Part shown: piece by piece, positions 13,201-24,870 of the stretch | Numbering within the stretch: position 1 is the first letter of the stretch | How the letters are laid out: each line of letters begins with the position of its first letter | Assembly: GCA_002269645.1 (NCBI GenBank) | Contig: NIVC01001803.1 | Coordinates: 97,952 to 161,951, forward strand | DNA from: Macrostomum lignano | Taxonomy: Eukaryota | Length of the DNA: 64,000 nucleotides | Direction: 5' to 3' | Made by a program: the position numbers and the translations under genes | The notes under the pieces: model-generated | What the model was told of the DNA's origin: nothing | Seen by the model: the letters and a program-made list of their open reading frames with translations, nothing else | Database searches by the model: none

Positions 13201-14152
13201 TTCCAGCGGAAGCCTTCCTTTTGACCCCCATGTTCCATGTATGGAATTAGATGTACAGATTCGTATGAAGCCATTTGACCACATATTATATAGCTGTATA
13301 TATTGTATAGAGGGTACAGTGGGCCCTACTATACTGTTTTGCAAAAAAAGTGCATGCAACAATTCCCCTTCATCTTTTCAACCCCTTGCTGTACATTTTC
13401 CTATCTCCGTAATGTATTTGCATGTATGCCTGCACCAATGTTGAGAATTTTCACCTAGTGCGGCAAGGGCTAGTGGAAATCGCTTTTAGGACAAAATATA
13501 TGACCAATGTCCCTACCATTTGGTAAAAAAAACTTGCGGTCGACTCTTTCCATTTTTAAAAAAAGTGCGATTTTCATGTTTCTAATAGGGATTTACATGT
13601 ATTTTGCCCATTTCTGGTAAGCACACTGCGGCAAGGGTTAGAAGCATCCTGTTTGGTGTAACAGGTTCTTTTTGTCACCAGAAGTAAGTGGAAAAAAGAA
13701 TTAGGGAGTCGACTCATTCCATTCAAAAGTTATGGCCATTTGAATTTTTCGATGTACATGTACATGTACATGTACATTTTTTGGGGAAAATTTTTTCAGC
13801 CAAAATGGTCTGCATAATGATCCCTCAATCCAATGTGCATGCATTTTTGATAGTTTTGCACTCATTCAATGAAAACTAGAGCTGCCTGACCCCATATTTT
13901 TCTCCAATTTCGGCACAGTTTTAAAAATGTACAAAAATGTATACCATGTTTCATAGTCTGCAACTTTCTTGTCGTATGTACTATACACACAAGCAATATG
14001 TTGTTTGAAAGATCTACTTGTCTACTTTCCAACAAATGTAAGATCGTTGCAGTGTGTCACTTATTTCAAAAGTTATAGCCACAGAAAGAAGACCACTTTT
14101 TTGCCATTTTTCCCTTCTGCACAAGCCAAAAACAGGCTCACTGGACCCCCTA
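10258..14152 (+). mobile_element. hAT-like DNA transposon nested in the Sola-like element
   Basis: Perfect 16-bp TIR TAGGGGGTCCAGTGAG (10258-10273) / CTCACTGGACCCCCTA (14137-14152). 7-bp TSD TTCTTAG at 10251-10257 and 14153-14159. The TAG terminus is hAT-like. Confidence 0.8.
11107..12886 (+). CDS. Spliced, C-terminally truncated transposase-like protein (481 aa); join(11107..11886,12052..12426,12596..12886)
   Basis: Both introns are GT..AG, phase 0, and keep the frame. N-terminal coiled coil, then RNase-H-like motifs LTLMTDATSKKGNHW and NFLMTDRHVVN. No downstream CxxH, catalytic Glu or dimerisation region is seen before the stop. The introns hold (GACA)n and (CACC)n repeats. Confidence 0.65.
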
Positions 14153-16868
14153 TTCTTAGATCAGTATAACTTTTATTGGCAACTTTTATTGTTACAAGAA
14201 AATTTCTTGTGCTTCTACAAGATAAAAAAAGATATTTAATAACAAATTCTAGTTAGATTTCCTGCTTTCAACATTTTTCTTTTTCTTTGCTCACTTGGAC
14301 ACAATTTGTGTCCCTATTTGGTGGAAATGCCCAATTGGGTTAAAGCTATCAAAAAACAGAGCTCAAATTTGAAATCAGCACCATCAAAAACCCTTTTAGA
14401 GATGGAATTATGATCCTATCAAAATTGCAACTATTTTATCAACATAAACTTCAAGAAGCCCGGCCCTACAAGCATACAAACCTTAGAGATTTAGTATATT
14501 TAGATTATTGTCATCTATCTATCAGATGCATGTCTTAATATAATACATTCCATTTCCAAACTTTTGAAATCTCACTGGAGTCTGTAAGCCTACCCTAATA
14601 GTAATAGAAAACTTAGGCCTATTTCTATTATTTACAATAAATCTGACATTACATTACTAAAGATTAAACAGCTGGAAAGCTATTTAACCTTACATTACCA
14701 AAGTCAAAGATCAAACAGCTGGAAAGCTATTTTACCTTAAAAATAATAAATATGGCTACTTACATGCCTGCTGTCTGTTGGGGAAGAAATAGAAAGAAAT
14801 GAACACTTAATGATGAAATTAGATCTCGAATTCTCCTAACACTCTCTCAGGCCAGAGAAAGAATAATTGGCGTTCGGCGCGGCGCGGATCGCATTCAAAC
14901 TTATAAGGGAACAACCAAAGACATCACGAAGTTTTACGACTGTCGTTATCTCAAAAAATAATAACTCTTTCCTACCATCCTATCAACTGTTCTTATTTTT
15001 CCACCAGTTTCACACTAAATTGAATTTTAAACGATTTTTATTTCACCAAAAAACCTATACTCTTCAAGACACCAATTTTTAATATTTTGCGACGCTTTGA
15101 TTCTCTAATTTACCGAAAATAATTTTACCAAGTAAAGTCTGCCACGTTGCATAGCTATTACACAATGTACGTGTAATTAGTTGCATCGCTGGCAAGATTG
15201 AGAGACTTTACCTGCCACTCTCAAAAGTGGCGACCACAGACGGAATCTTCTGTGATGGCGATTCTCAAAGTTACTGAGTTATATATTTCCAATTCAGACA
15301 AGCAATGCCGTCGCCTCGACGTCGTAACACGTCGCAAAATAACGTCGCCAAACCAGCCATTTTGTCACGCGCGGCGACGTCGCCATTATGACCCAGGCGA
15401 CGTCAGAATTTCCCGTACTGGTGACCAACTGCAAAAGGCGACCATCTATTACAGATTGTAGCACCTTCATATAATATTCGTGCGAATCTCGAAATCATAT
15501 ATAATTCAATATTTTTTCTAAGATGAAAATTTCACAAAGATTAATACGATAGCTTGCTCTGGTTTTAATAAATATCGTAATCAAATTTATCAATAAAAAA
15601 TGTTAAAATCAATTTAAAAAATGTTAAAATCAATTTAAAAAATGTGTTTATATCGGTTAATTTATTTATTATCAGAAAAGTAATTTTACACAGTTGTAAA
15701 CACTTAAAGACACAAGTGATTTTGAATTTACGAATGCATTTTGAAGTGCAGATATTTTACTCACTGAAAAGGGTCAAAGAGACAAGAAAAAAACAATGTC
15801 AAACAAACTCGTTCCAGATTTTCCAGTTAAACCTTACAGCATGTTTTGGCGGCATTTATTATTACTAAAATCGATCTCTCTCGTCAAGTCTCCACCGATT
15901 CAGACTGCAGAGGTATAGGTCCCGGAGCCAGCGACGGAACTGCACTGCATGCACAGCTTGTGGACAAAGCAGCTTATGCTGCAATGAAATTTATCAGTAC
16001 GTAGTGACTTGGACTACAATGCTGACCATTATCATTATTACAACAGGAAAGAAATGTTACTTTACAAAAACTGTGAGAGAAAAATAGTAACCTTTTGGAG
16101 CTTAGATGGTAAACTGCCAGCAAAATCAGGTGGGCGCCGAAAGCAGCAGGCGCGGCCGGACCACACCAGAGGCAATCGCGACAGTCAGTTGCCGGCCGTA
16201 AGCCGGGTCGAGGCTCCTGCACAGAGGCTGGGGACGTTAGGCAAGCAGCAGCGGTGCTAACCTAGAATGAGCTGCAGCGTGTGGCGGTGGTTGGTCCAGA
16301 CGGGGCCCGAAAGGCGAGACCCCGGAGCTACCAGGGGGCGGGCTGACTGGGCTGATTGTTGCTGCTACTGCTGTGGTTGCTGGGCTGCGGTGCTGCTGGG
16401 CTGCCAAGTCGGCCAAGGCGGTTGGCTGCCAGGACCGCACAGGGCCGACCACGTAGGCCCAGCATTCCACGCTGCATGGGCGTCAAGCTGCATGGGCACC
16501 AATGAGGCGGAGGGCCTTAATTAATTCAATAATATTTATTTGGCAGCGAATATTTTGTGCTGCTTTGCGCGTATATTAATATTTACAAACAGCGCGAGAT
16601 TGAGGGGCCTAGTAGGGAGGTGCGAAAAGGTGGCGTGGCGTGTGATAGGCTACGCCAACCCCCCCCCCCGGCTTAGCGAGCCGGCTAGCTTGGTGCGCAC
16701 GGCCACCCCACCTCAGCTAGACAGAGGTTGGGGGGTTTCCAGTATGGCTGCACTGGTGCTGCCGGTCGCGTACAGCCTGGCCGCCACAGGGTTCAAAATC
16801 CGTGGGTTTTAACAGGTTGTAAGAATATATAACTTATAACCTTCTAACGTATTTTGTATGCATTAATT

Positions 16869-17390
16869 TCTCAACTTCCCAGCTTCTCTCCGCTTCTCTC
16901 TGATAATCCCAGCTTCTCTCCGCTTCTCTGTGATAATCCCAGCTTCTCTCCGCTTCTTTCTGATAATCTCAGCTTTTCTCCGCTTCTTTCTGATAATCCC
17001 AGCTTTTCTCCGCTTCTTTCTGATAATCCCAGCTTTTCTCCGCTTCTCTCTGATAATCCCAGCTTCTCTCCGCTTCTCTCTGATAATCCCAGCTTCTCTC
17101 CGCTTCTCTCTGATAATCCCAGCTTCTCTCCGCTTCTCTCTGATAATCCCAGCTTCTCTCCGCTTCTCTCTGATAATCCCAGCTTCTCTCCGCTTCTTTC
17201 TGATAATCCCAGCTTCTCTCCGCTTCTCTCTGATAATCTCAGCTTCTCTCAACTTCCCTCTAATAATCCCAGCTTTTCTCCGCTTCTTTCTGATAATCCC
17301 AGCTTTTCTCCGCTTCTTTCTGATAATCCCAGCTTCTTTCCGCTTCTCTCTGATAATAACAGTTTCTCTCCGCTTCTTTCTGATATCTGA
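16869..17390. repeat. 30-bp minisatellite (~17 copies)
   Basis: Unit CCCAGCTTCTCTCCGCTTCTCTCTGATAAT; explains the 10-aa periodic ORFs. Confidence 0.95.
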
Positions 17391-18104
17391 TATTGCATCA
17401 ATTCTGTGTTTGATAAAAATACGCTGGCTACGGCCTTGCGCCCAATCGTTCTTTCGCACCTTTGCCTTCTAACGTATTTTATGTGCATCAATTTCTCAGC
17501 TTCCCAGCTTGGCGCCATCATCCCTCTGATATCCTAGCTTCTCTCCGCTTCTCTCTGATATCCCAGCTTTTCTCCACTTCTCTCCCCTTCTTTTTGATAT
17601 CCCAGCTTCTCTCCGCTTCTTTCTGACTGACTGACTGACTGACTGACTGACTGACTGAATGACTGACTGACTGAGGCGGGTGAGTCTCTTAGATGAAGAG
17701 GTTTTAGCGGCCCCAAGACTTTCCCTTTATGTTTGAGTGAAAAAGCAGACTTAGAGCCTACTTCGTTCTAAGTATAGGAGGTCTAAGCTGCCGAGATTTA
17801 CAGAGGCCGGTGAGTCAGTTAGATGAAGATTATAACGGTTCCAAGAGCTCTGTGTGTTTGAGGGAAAATGCTGAGTTGGGCCTGGCTCTTTGTTTTAAGT
17901 ATAGGACAGCCAAGGCTGCTAAGATATACAGAGGCCGGTGAGGACAGCCTGGCCTAGCTAGGCATCTATAGTTCTTATAGCATTTTTTTGTATTCGTATA
18001 TAAGTTCTACTCGTAATGCTTAAAACAAACTTTATGGTTTGGATACCTAAAAAACGGTACTTCATGTAACTGTATCGGGGAAGGAATGGCGGCTCACTGA
18101 AGGC

Positions 18105-19160
18105 CACTTGAATTAGTGCGGGTCAGTGATAGTCACTTGGATTAGTGCGGGTCAGTGATAGTCACTTGGATTAGTGCGGGTCAGTGATAGTCACTTGGAT
18201 TAGTGCGGGTCAGTGATAGTCACTTGGATTAGTGCGGCTCACTGATGGTCACTTGCATTAGTGCTAGTCACTAATGTTCACTTGGATTAGTGCGGGTCAC
18301 TGAAGGCCACTTTGATTAGTGCGGGTCACTGAAGGTCACTTGGATTAATGCGGGTCACTGAAGGTCACATGGAATACTTTTCTTTTGTCTATTTCTGTAG
18401 TGGGGAGCAAAATTCAGGTAATTCTGTCCGGCCTCCAGATCTGTGTAGTGGGGAGCAAATTTCAGGTAATTCTGTCCGGCCTCCAGATCTGTGTAGTGGG
18501 GAGCAAATTTCAGGTAATTCTGTCCGGCCTCCAGATCTGTGTAGTGGGGAGCAAATTTCAGGTAATTCTGTCCGGCCTCCAGATCTGTGTAGTGGGGAGC
18601 AAATTTCAGGTAATTCTGTCCGGCCTCCAGATCTGTGTAGTGGGGAGCAAATTTCAGGTGATTCTGTCCGGCCTCCAGATCTGTGTAGTGGGGAGCAAAT
18701 TTCAGGTAATTCTGTCCGGCCTCCAGATCTGTGTAGTGGGGAGCAAATTTCAGGTAATTCTGTCCGGCCTCCAGATCTGTGTAGTGGGGAGCAAATTTCA
18801 GGTAATTCTGTCCGGCCTCCAGATCTGTGTAGTGGGGAGCAAATTTCAGGTAATTCTGTCCGGCCTCCAGATCTGTGTAGTGGGGAGCAAATTTCAGGTA
18901 ATTCTGTCCGGCCTCCAGATCTGTGTAGTGGGGAGCAAATTTCAGGTAATTCTGTCCGGCCTCCAGATCTGTGTAGTGGTCACTTGGATTAGTTCGGGTC
19001 ACTGATGGTCAATTGGATTAGTGCGGTTCACTAACGGCCACTTGGATTAATGCCTGTTACTGAAGGCCACTTGGATTAGTTCGGGTCAGTGAAGATCACT
19101 TGCCATTAAGCGGGTCACTGATCGACACTTGGATTAGGTCAGTGATGGTTTTCGTTGGAT
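18105..19160. repeat. Diverged 29-bp array interrupted by a homogeneous 48-bp array (~12 copies, 18397-18978)
   Basis: CACTTGGATTAGTGCGGGTCAGTGATAGT units on both sides of GTAGTGGGGAGCAAATTTCAGGTAATTCTGTCCGGCCTCCAGATCTGT units. Confidence 0.9.
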
Positions 19161-19248
19161 TAGTGCGTGTCACTGCGGGTTAATTTTTTACAGTCTATCT
19201 ATATACGAGCTAGTTGGGAGCAAAATCAAGGTAAATTCTGTCCCTAAT

Positions 19249-20022
19249 TGGGAGAGGAGGAAGAGAGGGAGAGGAGGGAGAGAGGGAGAGGAGGGAGAAG
19301 AGAAAGAGAGGGAGAGGAGGAAGAGAGGGAGAGGAGGGAGAGAGGGAGAGGAGGGAGAAGAGAAAGAGAGGGAGAGGAGGAAGAGAGGGAGAGGAGGAAG
19401 AGAGGGAGAGGAGGAAGAGAGGGAGAGGAGGAAGAGAGGGAGAGGAGGAAGAGAGGGAGAGGAGGAAGAGAGGGAGAGGAGGAAGAGAGGGAGAGGAGGG
19501 AGAGAGGGAGAGGAGGAAGAGAGGGAGAGGAGGAAGAGAGGGAGAGGAGGGAGAGAGGGAGAGGAGGGAGAGGAGGGAGAGGAGGGAGAGAGGGAGAGAG
19601 GGAGAGGAGGGAGAGGAGGGAGAGAGGGAGAGGAGGGAGAGAGGGAGAGGAGGAAGAGAGGGAGAGGAGGAAGAGAGGGAGAGGAGGGAGAGAGGGAGAG
19701 GAGGGAGAGGAGGGAGAGAGGGAGAGGAGGAAGAGAGGGAGAGGAGGGAGAGAGGGAGAGGAGGGAGAGGAGGGAGAGGAGGGAGAGGAGGGAGAGAGGA
19801 AGAGGAGGGAGAGAGGGAGAGGAGGGAGAGAGGGAGAGGAGGGAGAGGAGGGAGAGGAGGGAGAGAGGGAGAGGAGGAAGAGAGGGAGAGGAGGGAGAGA
19901 GGGAGAGGAGGGAGAGGAGGGAGAGGAGGGAGAGAGGGAGAGGAGGGAGAGAGGGAGAGGAGGGAGAGAGGGAGAGGAGGGAGAGAGGGAGAGGAGGGAG
20001 AGAGAAAGGGAGAGAGGAAGAG
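19249..20022. repeat. Purine-rich GA/GGA low-complexity array
   Basis: GAGAGGGAGAGGAGG variants throughout. Confidence 0.95.
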
Positions 20023-20200
20023 AGACTGTAAGAAAGGGAAGCAGCTGATGCAACAAAGAAGCGAGCATGATATCCCATATACATATTTGGTAATAAAATG
20101 CATTCCAAGCTATCAGGTCTGAAGCTGCAGGGCCTGCAATGCATTTAACGAGCTTTTAGCAGTCACAAATGAACATTGAGCCATGGAATTTCATACAATC

Positions 20201-20515
20201 TGAACCCTACCTGAGGAATCTGAACCCTACCTGAAGAATCCAAACCCTACCTGAAGAATCCAAACCCTACCTGAAGAATCTGAACCCTACCTGAGGAATC
20301 TGAACCCTACCTGAGGAATCTGAACCCTACCTGAGGAATCTGAACCCTACCTGAGGAATCTGAACCCTACCTGAGGAATCTGAACCCTACCTGAGGAATC
20401 TGAACCCTACCTGAGGAATCTGAACCCTACCTGAGGAATCTGAACCCTACCTGAGGAATCTGAACCCTACCTGAGGAATCTGAACCCTACCTGAGGAATC
20501 TAAACTCTACCTGAA
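20201..20515. repeat. 20-bp minisatellite (~15 copies)
   Basis: Unit TGAACCCTACCTGAGGAATC. Confidence 0.95.
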
Positions 20516-21798
20516 GTAATTGAGGGTGTGTGTGGCAACCCCGAACAGCCGTACGCGGCCTTCAGATGCACCGCACAATAGCTGCGGCTGAGCTGTCGGT
20601 TGCACATCTGTCTATTAGGGCAGGTGAAATCAATTATCAATACTCTTACATGTAGAGGAATAGCAAATGCTTTTAAAGCCAAAACCCAGGTTACAAACCC
20701 ATCAAATTCTGTCCACTGATGTAAATCTCTTGATCCCATTGGATTTACGAGCGAATATTGCTATCGGCGCATTACGAGTGTTATACTGTACTAACCAACT
20801 GATGATAAAAAAATCCAAGTCCAAGTTAATCAGCGACGCAAACCTGCAATCAGCAACCTGCAGTGGACCAACTCAAAGCTCAGATTGGGCCGACGATACG
20901 GAAGGGGGACAGCTGGGGGCGTGAAGTCCAACAACCACAACGGCTGCATTTAGCGCGACCGCAGGTTCCGGTATGTCTGCTTCTCCTGCTACGAGCGCAC
21001 CAGCGCTAAATCAGCACGTCATTAAACTAAATTGCGTCCCGGCTGGGGTACTCAAACTACAGCGCAGCAGGCCCGTCTGACAACTGATGACTGACGATCC
21101 ATGACCCTGAATTGCTGCTGAATGGCATCCGTTACTGCTTCCGCCTCACCCGACCTGACATGCCGGACACAGTTGCAGCAACAGCGGAATTGCAGAGCTA
21201 CCCCTCCCTCAGCCAGCAATAACCGACAGCTGTTTGAGCAGCAGGTGCGACAATGTCGCTATATTCAAGTCAGCAACAAGTTGGGTGCCTTCGATGCCAT
21301 CCCGAAGGGGACCAGCCAGATCCTACATGAATCTGCAGGGCTCACTAAACACAACTGAGGACAAGTAAGTGATGAATTTGGCATTGTTAGCTATTTTAGC
21401 GCAATTAAATTAATTGCACCTTGTGCAAGTGAATGCCGCGATGTCCAAGTGGCCAAGACGGTGCAGATCCGCGTCACTGCTGCAGTGGCCAACAGCGGCA
21501 GGGCAGCGGAGCGAACGTTGTGGCCTTGAGCGCGTGCAGCTGTATTCGAAAAGCCTAGGAATTCAGTGCTACAGTTAAAATAAATTAAACAGACGATGCA
21601 GCTGTGGAATTTAACGCAATGGCAGCAGCCCACGGATTCCAATCAGCGCAGCTGTGCAAACCCGTCGCGGGTTCTGTATTGAAAGCCCATTGTCTCTGTG
21701 TTAGCAATTATAATGCTGCTTTAAATAGCTTTGATAAATCCATTCTCTACTCTAAGAGTCCAATTTTCTCTGAAAATCGCACTGTAAATCAGCCTACC

Positions 21799-22599
21799 AT
21801 GCCGGCTCTGTACAGGATCTGCTTCTGCGCTCAGATCCTGAGCTGCCTGATCTGCGCCGCTCTCTGCCGTCAGTTCCAGATCTCGGACCTCGGCTGCTTC
21901 GTTGACGGCGCGAATGGCGCGAGAGACGTCGGTGACATGAAGCACCTCGGCCTCACACAAATTGGCAGCTCCAGTTTGATGTCGATAAACGATGGCGGTG
22001 GCGCATATGTCGGCAGCTACTGGATGATGACTCACGAGCTGTGCGGCAGCGTCTGCGCTCTGGGCAGTTTTGAGTTCGCTGCTCTGCAGGCCGGATACTG
22101 GTGCTTCTGCGGCAACTCGTACGGGTCGCAGGGCGCTGCTTCAGACTCGGACTGCACCCATGCTTGCAGTGGAAATCTGAGCCAGAACTGCGGAGGCGGC
22201 TACCGAAACCGGGTGCTCCGGCTGAGCTACACGGGCAGTGCGGAAGCCGCTTGCACAAGTAGGTTAAAGTACAAATTTCTCTCTACGAGCCGTAGAGAGG
22301 CTTGCTTTCTATGATGTAGAAAGGCTTGGCATTAATGCAACTGGCCCCATTCTACATCTGCAGACCGGAACGTGTTCGTCCCCGGCAACCGGACCTTCGT
22401 TGAGCTGAGCGTCCCGGATGCGCCCGCCTTCAGAACATTGCAGTGTGCCGGGCTGCCCGAGTGCCTGTACCGGTGCCGCTCCGGTTGCCAGGCGGTGATC
22501 TTCAGCCAGCAGCAGCGCCTGTGCCACCTGCTGGAGTTCGCTGCGGTCCCGGTCGCGCTCAGCAGCGCCAGCAGCGGCGACTTCTTTGTCCGCCGCTGA
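21799..22599 (+). CDS. Secreted WSC-domain protein with a C-terminal PAN/apple-like Cys module (231 aa); join(21799..22258,22364..22599)
   Basis: Signal-peptide-like MPALYRICFCAQILSCLICAALC. WSC pattern LGCFVD..MTHELCGSVC..FAALQAGYWCFCGN..SDCTHACSGNLSQNCGGGYRNRV. A phase-1 GT..AG intron keeps the frame into C..ECLYRC..GCQAVIFSQQQRLCHL. Confidence 0.85.
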
Positions 22600-23970
22600 G
22601 TGCGAATGAAGTGGAGAAAAGAGATAATAATATGCTAATGGCTTGTGTTTATTGGTTTAACTTGATGACAATTATTGTGGCGATTTTGTATAAGTGAACT
22701 TAATAACCTACGAGTTTCAACGGAAGCCCTGATTCTCCTTTTTACTCTTCAACTTATTTAATGAACAGAGTCTGAACTGTATGCCACACAGTTGTTTCTG
22801 AAATGTACCCAGTGCAATTTTGAGTAAGTGTTGTCGCTCATTATACCTTATTTTTGTTCTACTCTCTGTATTTTACTTAAACTATTTTTGTAGAAAAAGT
22901 CAGACTCGTAATCTGGGCCGAGAGCTACTGTCCCCCAGTCTCTAGAGGATGTCCTGATTATCTTGTAATCTGATCGTCTTTCAGACTTCATTTAGGCGGG
23001 AACCTGTAACGTGCAAACTCGATACGCTGACTGCCTGCGGTGAGATTGCTGGCGAGACGGACTTTGTCTGCTCGCTTGCACTGCAGCGCATCATCTAACG
23101 GACCCTGACCGCATGACCAATTGACTTTACTGTGTTTTTGTTGAGAGTTTTTTGTTTGTGTGCTTGTTCTGCCAGTTTGTTTCAAAAGGCTGCCCTGTGC
23201 GCATAGAAACCTGTGTTCCGACACAGCGTCTGGTGTTTTCTGGATTGAGCTCTTTTTTGCTAAGATGATGGATTTCAAATATATTCATTATAGCCTCGGG
23301 CGCAAAATCGCCACAAGGGCTTTGATCAGTTATCTGTATGCTGATGTTGTTTGAGAAGCTGTCTTTGCAGCCAGGATGCAGAAAAGTGCTCACTTGAACG
23401 GAATCGATCTGGATGCAGCTCGGCAGCGCGCCGAGATCTGAGCTAGAGAAATGGGTGCATCAAATCTTGTTGAGGTGCTACGAACCAATGGAGAACGCCA
23501 GGCGCAACGTATAACTATCAGACGGTCTTGAGACAACTTATCCGAAGGCCTTTGAGAGCAAGCCAAGCATTCTACAGTATTAAATTCGAAAGCACCGTTG
23601 AGTCTCGAAGGCCTTCAGTACAGACTTGCATTCTAGAAATTCGATAATTGCGACAGCAAAGCTACATGGGCTCAGAAGCGAGAGAACAACTCATCAACTG
23701 CCGGTGGTTCCGGGCACCCGGATGCAGCGGGGAGGCGTCGCCGCCCATCCCGCAAAAACCAGCCGATCATGGGTTTTTCAAGCAGTGGTCTACGGAAAAT
23801 GGCACAGGCATTACAATAATTTTAACAGCTATAGAAGATACTCTGCTGGTGGCGCGTCTAGAGCACTTCAGGAACGGTGCAAGTGCTGAAAGAACCCCGG
23901 GAGTTGTGAGAGAGTACCGCACGAGAAATTCGATTCTCAAACAGATTCAACTGAAGCAACTGACTAAAAA

Positions 23971-24325
23971 TATTTTTACAATGGACGCAAGGCTGCAGGC
24001 AGAATCTGGCTCGGGAAAACTGATTGGATTGACTTTAGCAGAGCTGCTTCGCTTCGCTGCCTGCTAGAGAGCCAGATCGAGCTGAGACTCATTTGCTGAC
24101 AGATGAGCAGAAGGCCCGTCACAGCTGGATTGGCCTGGGATAAAACCCATCAGCTGCATCCATTGCCGGCTATAGAGATCCTGCATGTAAAGCGAGGCTC
24201 CGCATACTGTCAGCTCTCCCATAGCTCTTAAAACAGTGCTTTAGAGACAGTGCCAGTGTCATTTCTGAGCATCCGATCTCTTTCATAGTCTGAGCATCGC
24301 TAGTCCTAATTTGGTTTCTGAGCTG
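23971..24325. repeat. Dispersed ~360-bp segment, paralogous to 31984-32362
   Basis: Shared blocks GAGCTGCTTCGCTT, CCGTCACAGCTGGATT, CTGCATCCATT, CCTGCATGTA, ACAGTGCCAGTG, TCTTTCATAGTCTGAGCATCGC and TTCTGAGCTG occur in the same order in both copies. Confidence 0.85.
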
Positions 24326-24339
24326 TCTGACCTCAGACC

Positions 24340-24630
24340 TTCCTATTGAGCCATGGCATCTCAGACACTCCCTATTGAGCCATGGAATCTCAGACACTCC
24401 CTATTGAGCCATGGCATCTCAGCAACTCCCTATTGAGCCATGGCATCTCAGCAACTCCCTATTGAGCCATGGCATCTCAGCAACTCCCTATTGAGCCATG
24501 GCATCTCAGCAACTCCCTATTGAGCCATGGCATCTCAGCAACTCCCTATTGAGCCATGGCATCTCAGCAACTCCCTATTGAGCCATGGCATCTCAGCAAC
24601 TTCCCATTGAGCTAATTGGCATCTCAGTAA
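24340..24630. repeat. 30-bp minisatellite (same family as 39197-40385)
   Basis: Unit ATTGAGCCATGGCATCTCAGCAACTCCCCT-like. Confidence 0.93.
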
Positions 24631-24648
24631 CTCCCAAGGGCACTAAAA

Positions 24649-24870
24649 GGCACTCTGAACATCATGGCGCCAGAGCTGCTCGGAATCGCCAATGCCAGAA
24701 GCTACTGTGAGCTGCTCCAGCATCTTGACAGGAGGGGCGCCACGGCCCTGCCGGATGGCGTGCCCGCGGAGCTGAGGGATTTCTACAGCCGATGCACCGC
24801 CAGAGACCGCAGGGAGAGACGATCCGCACAGGAGCTGCTCCTGACGAAAAAGTCGGACTCGCAGCGCTAA
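24649..24870 (+). pseudogene. Protein kinase C-lobe remnant
   Basis: GTLNIMAPE (subdomain VIII) followed, without the subdomain IX DxWSxG motif, by LPDGVPAELRDFYSRCTARDRRERRSAQELL (subdomain XI). The upstream sequence is minisatellite. Confidence 0.6.

Larger units (their letters stand above)
5731..14332 (+). mobile_element. Sola-like (probably Sola2) cut-and-paste DNA transposon, 8.6 kb including a nested insertion
   Basis: TIR GGGCATTTCCGCCAATTAGGCAC versus reverse complement GGGCATTTCCACCAAATAGGGAC (20/23). AATT TSD at 5727-5730 and 14333-14336. A paralogous empty site ATATAATTGGGTTAAAGC is present at 4431-4448. Family assignment rests on my recollection that Sola elements have 4-bp TSDs and Sola2 has GRG termini. 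Confidence 0.75.

Noticed and set aside
16854-20144. Periodic ORFs (10-aa, 16-aa, and SL/ER-rich)
   Set aside because: All map onto the 30-bp, 48-bp and GA-rich arrays.
20830-21360. GC-rich stretch with Cys/aromatic fragments (GCI*RDRRFRYVC) suggestive of a lectin remnant
   Set aside because: Multiple stops and no continuous domain pattern.
23648-24067. 139-aa ORF upstream of the kinase remnant
   Set aside because: It has no recognisable motifs, its 3' end runs into the dispersed repeat, and it has no supported link to the kinase fragment.
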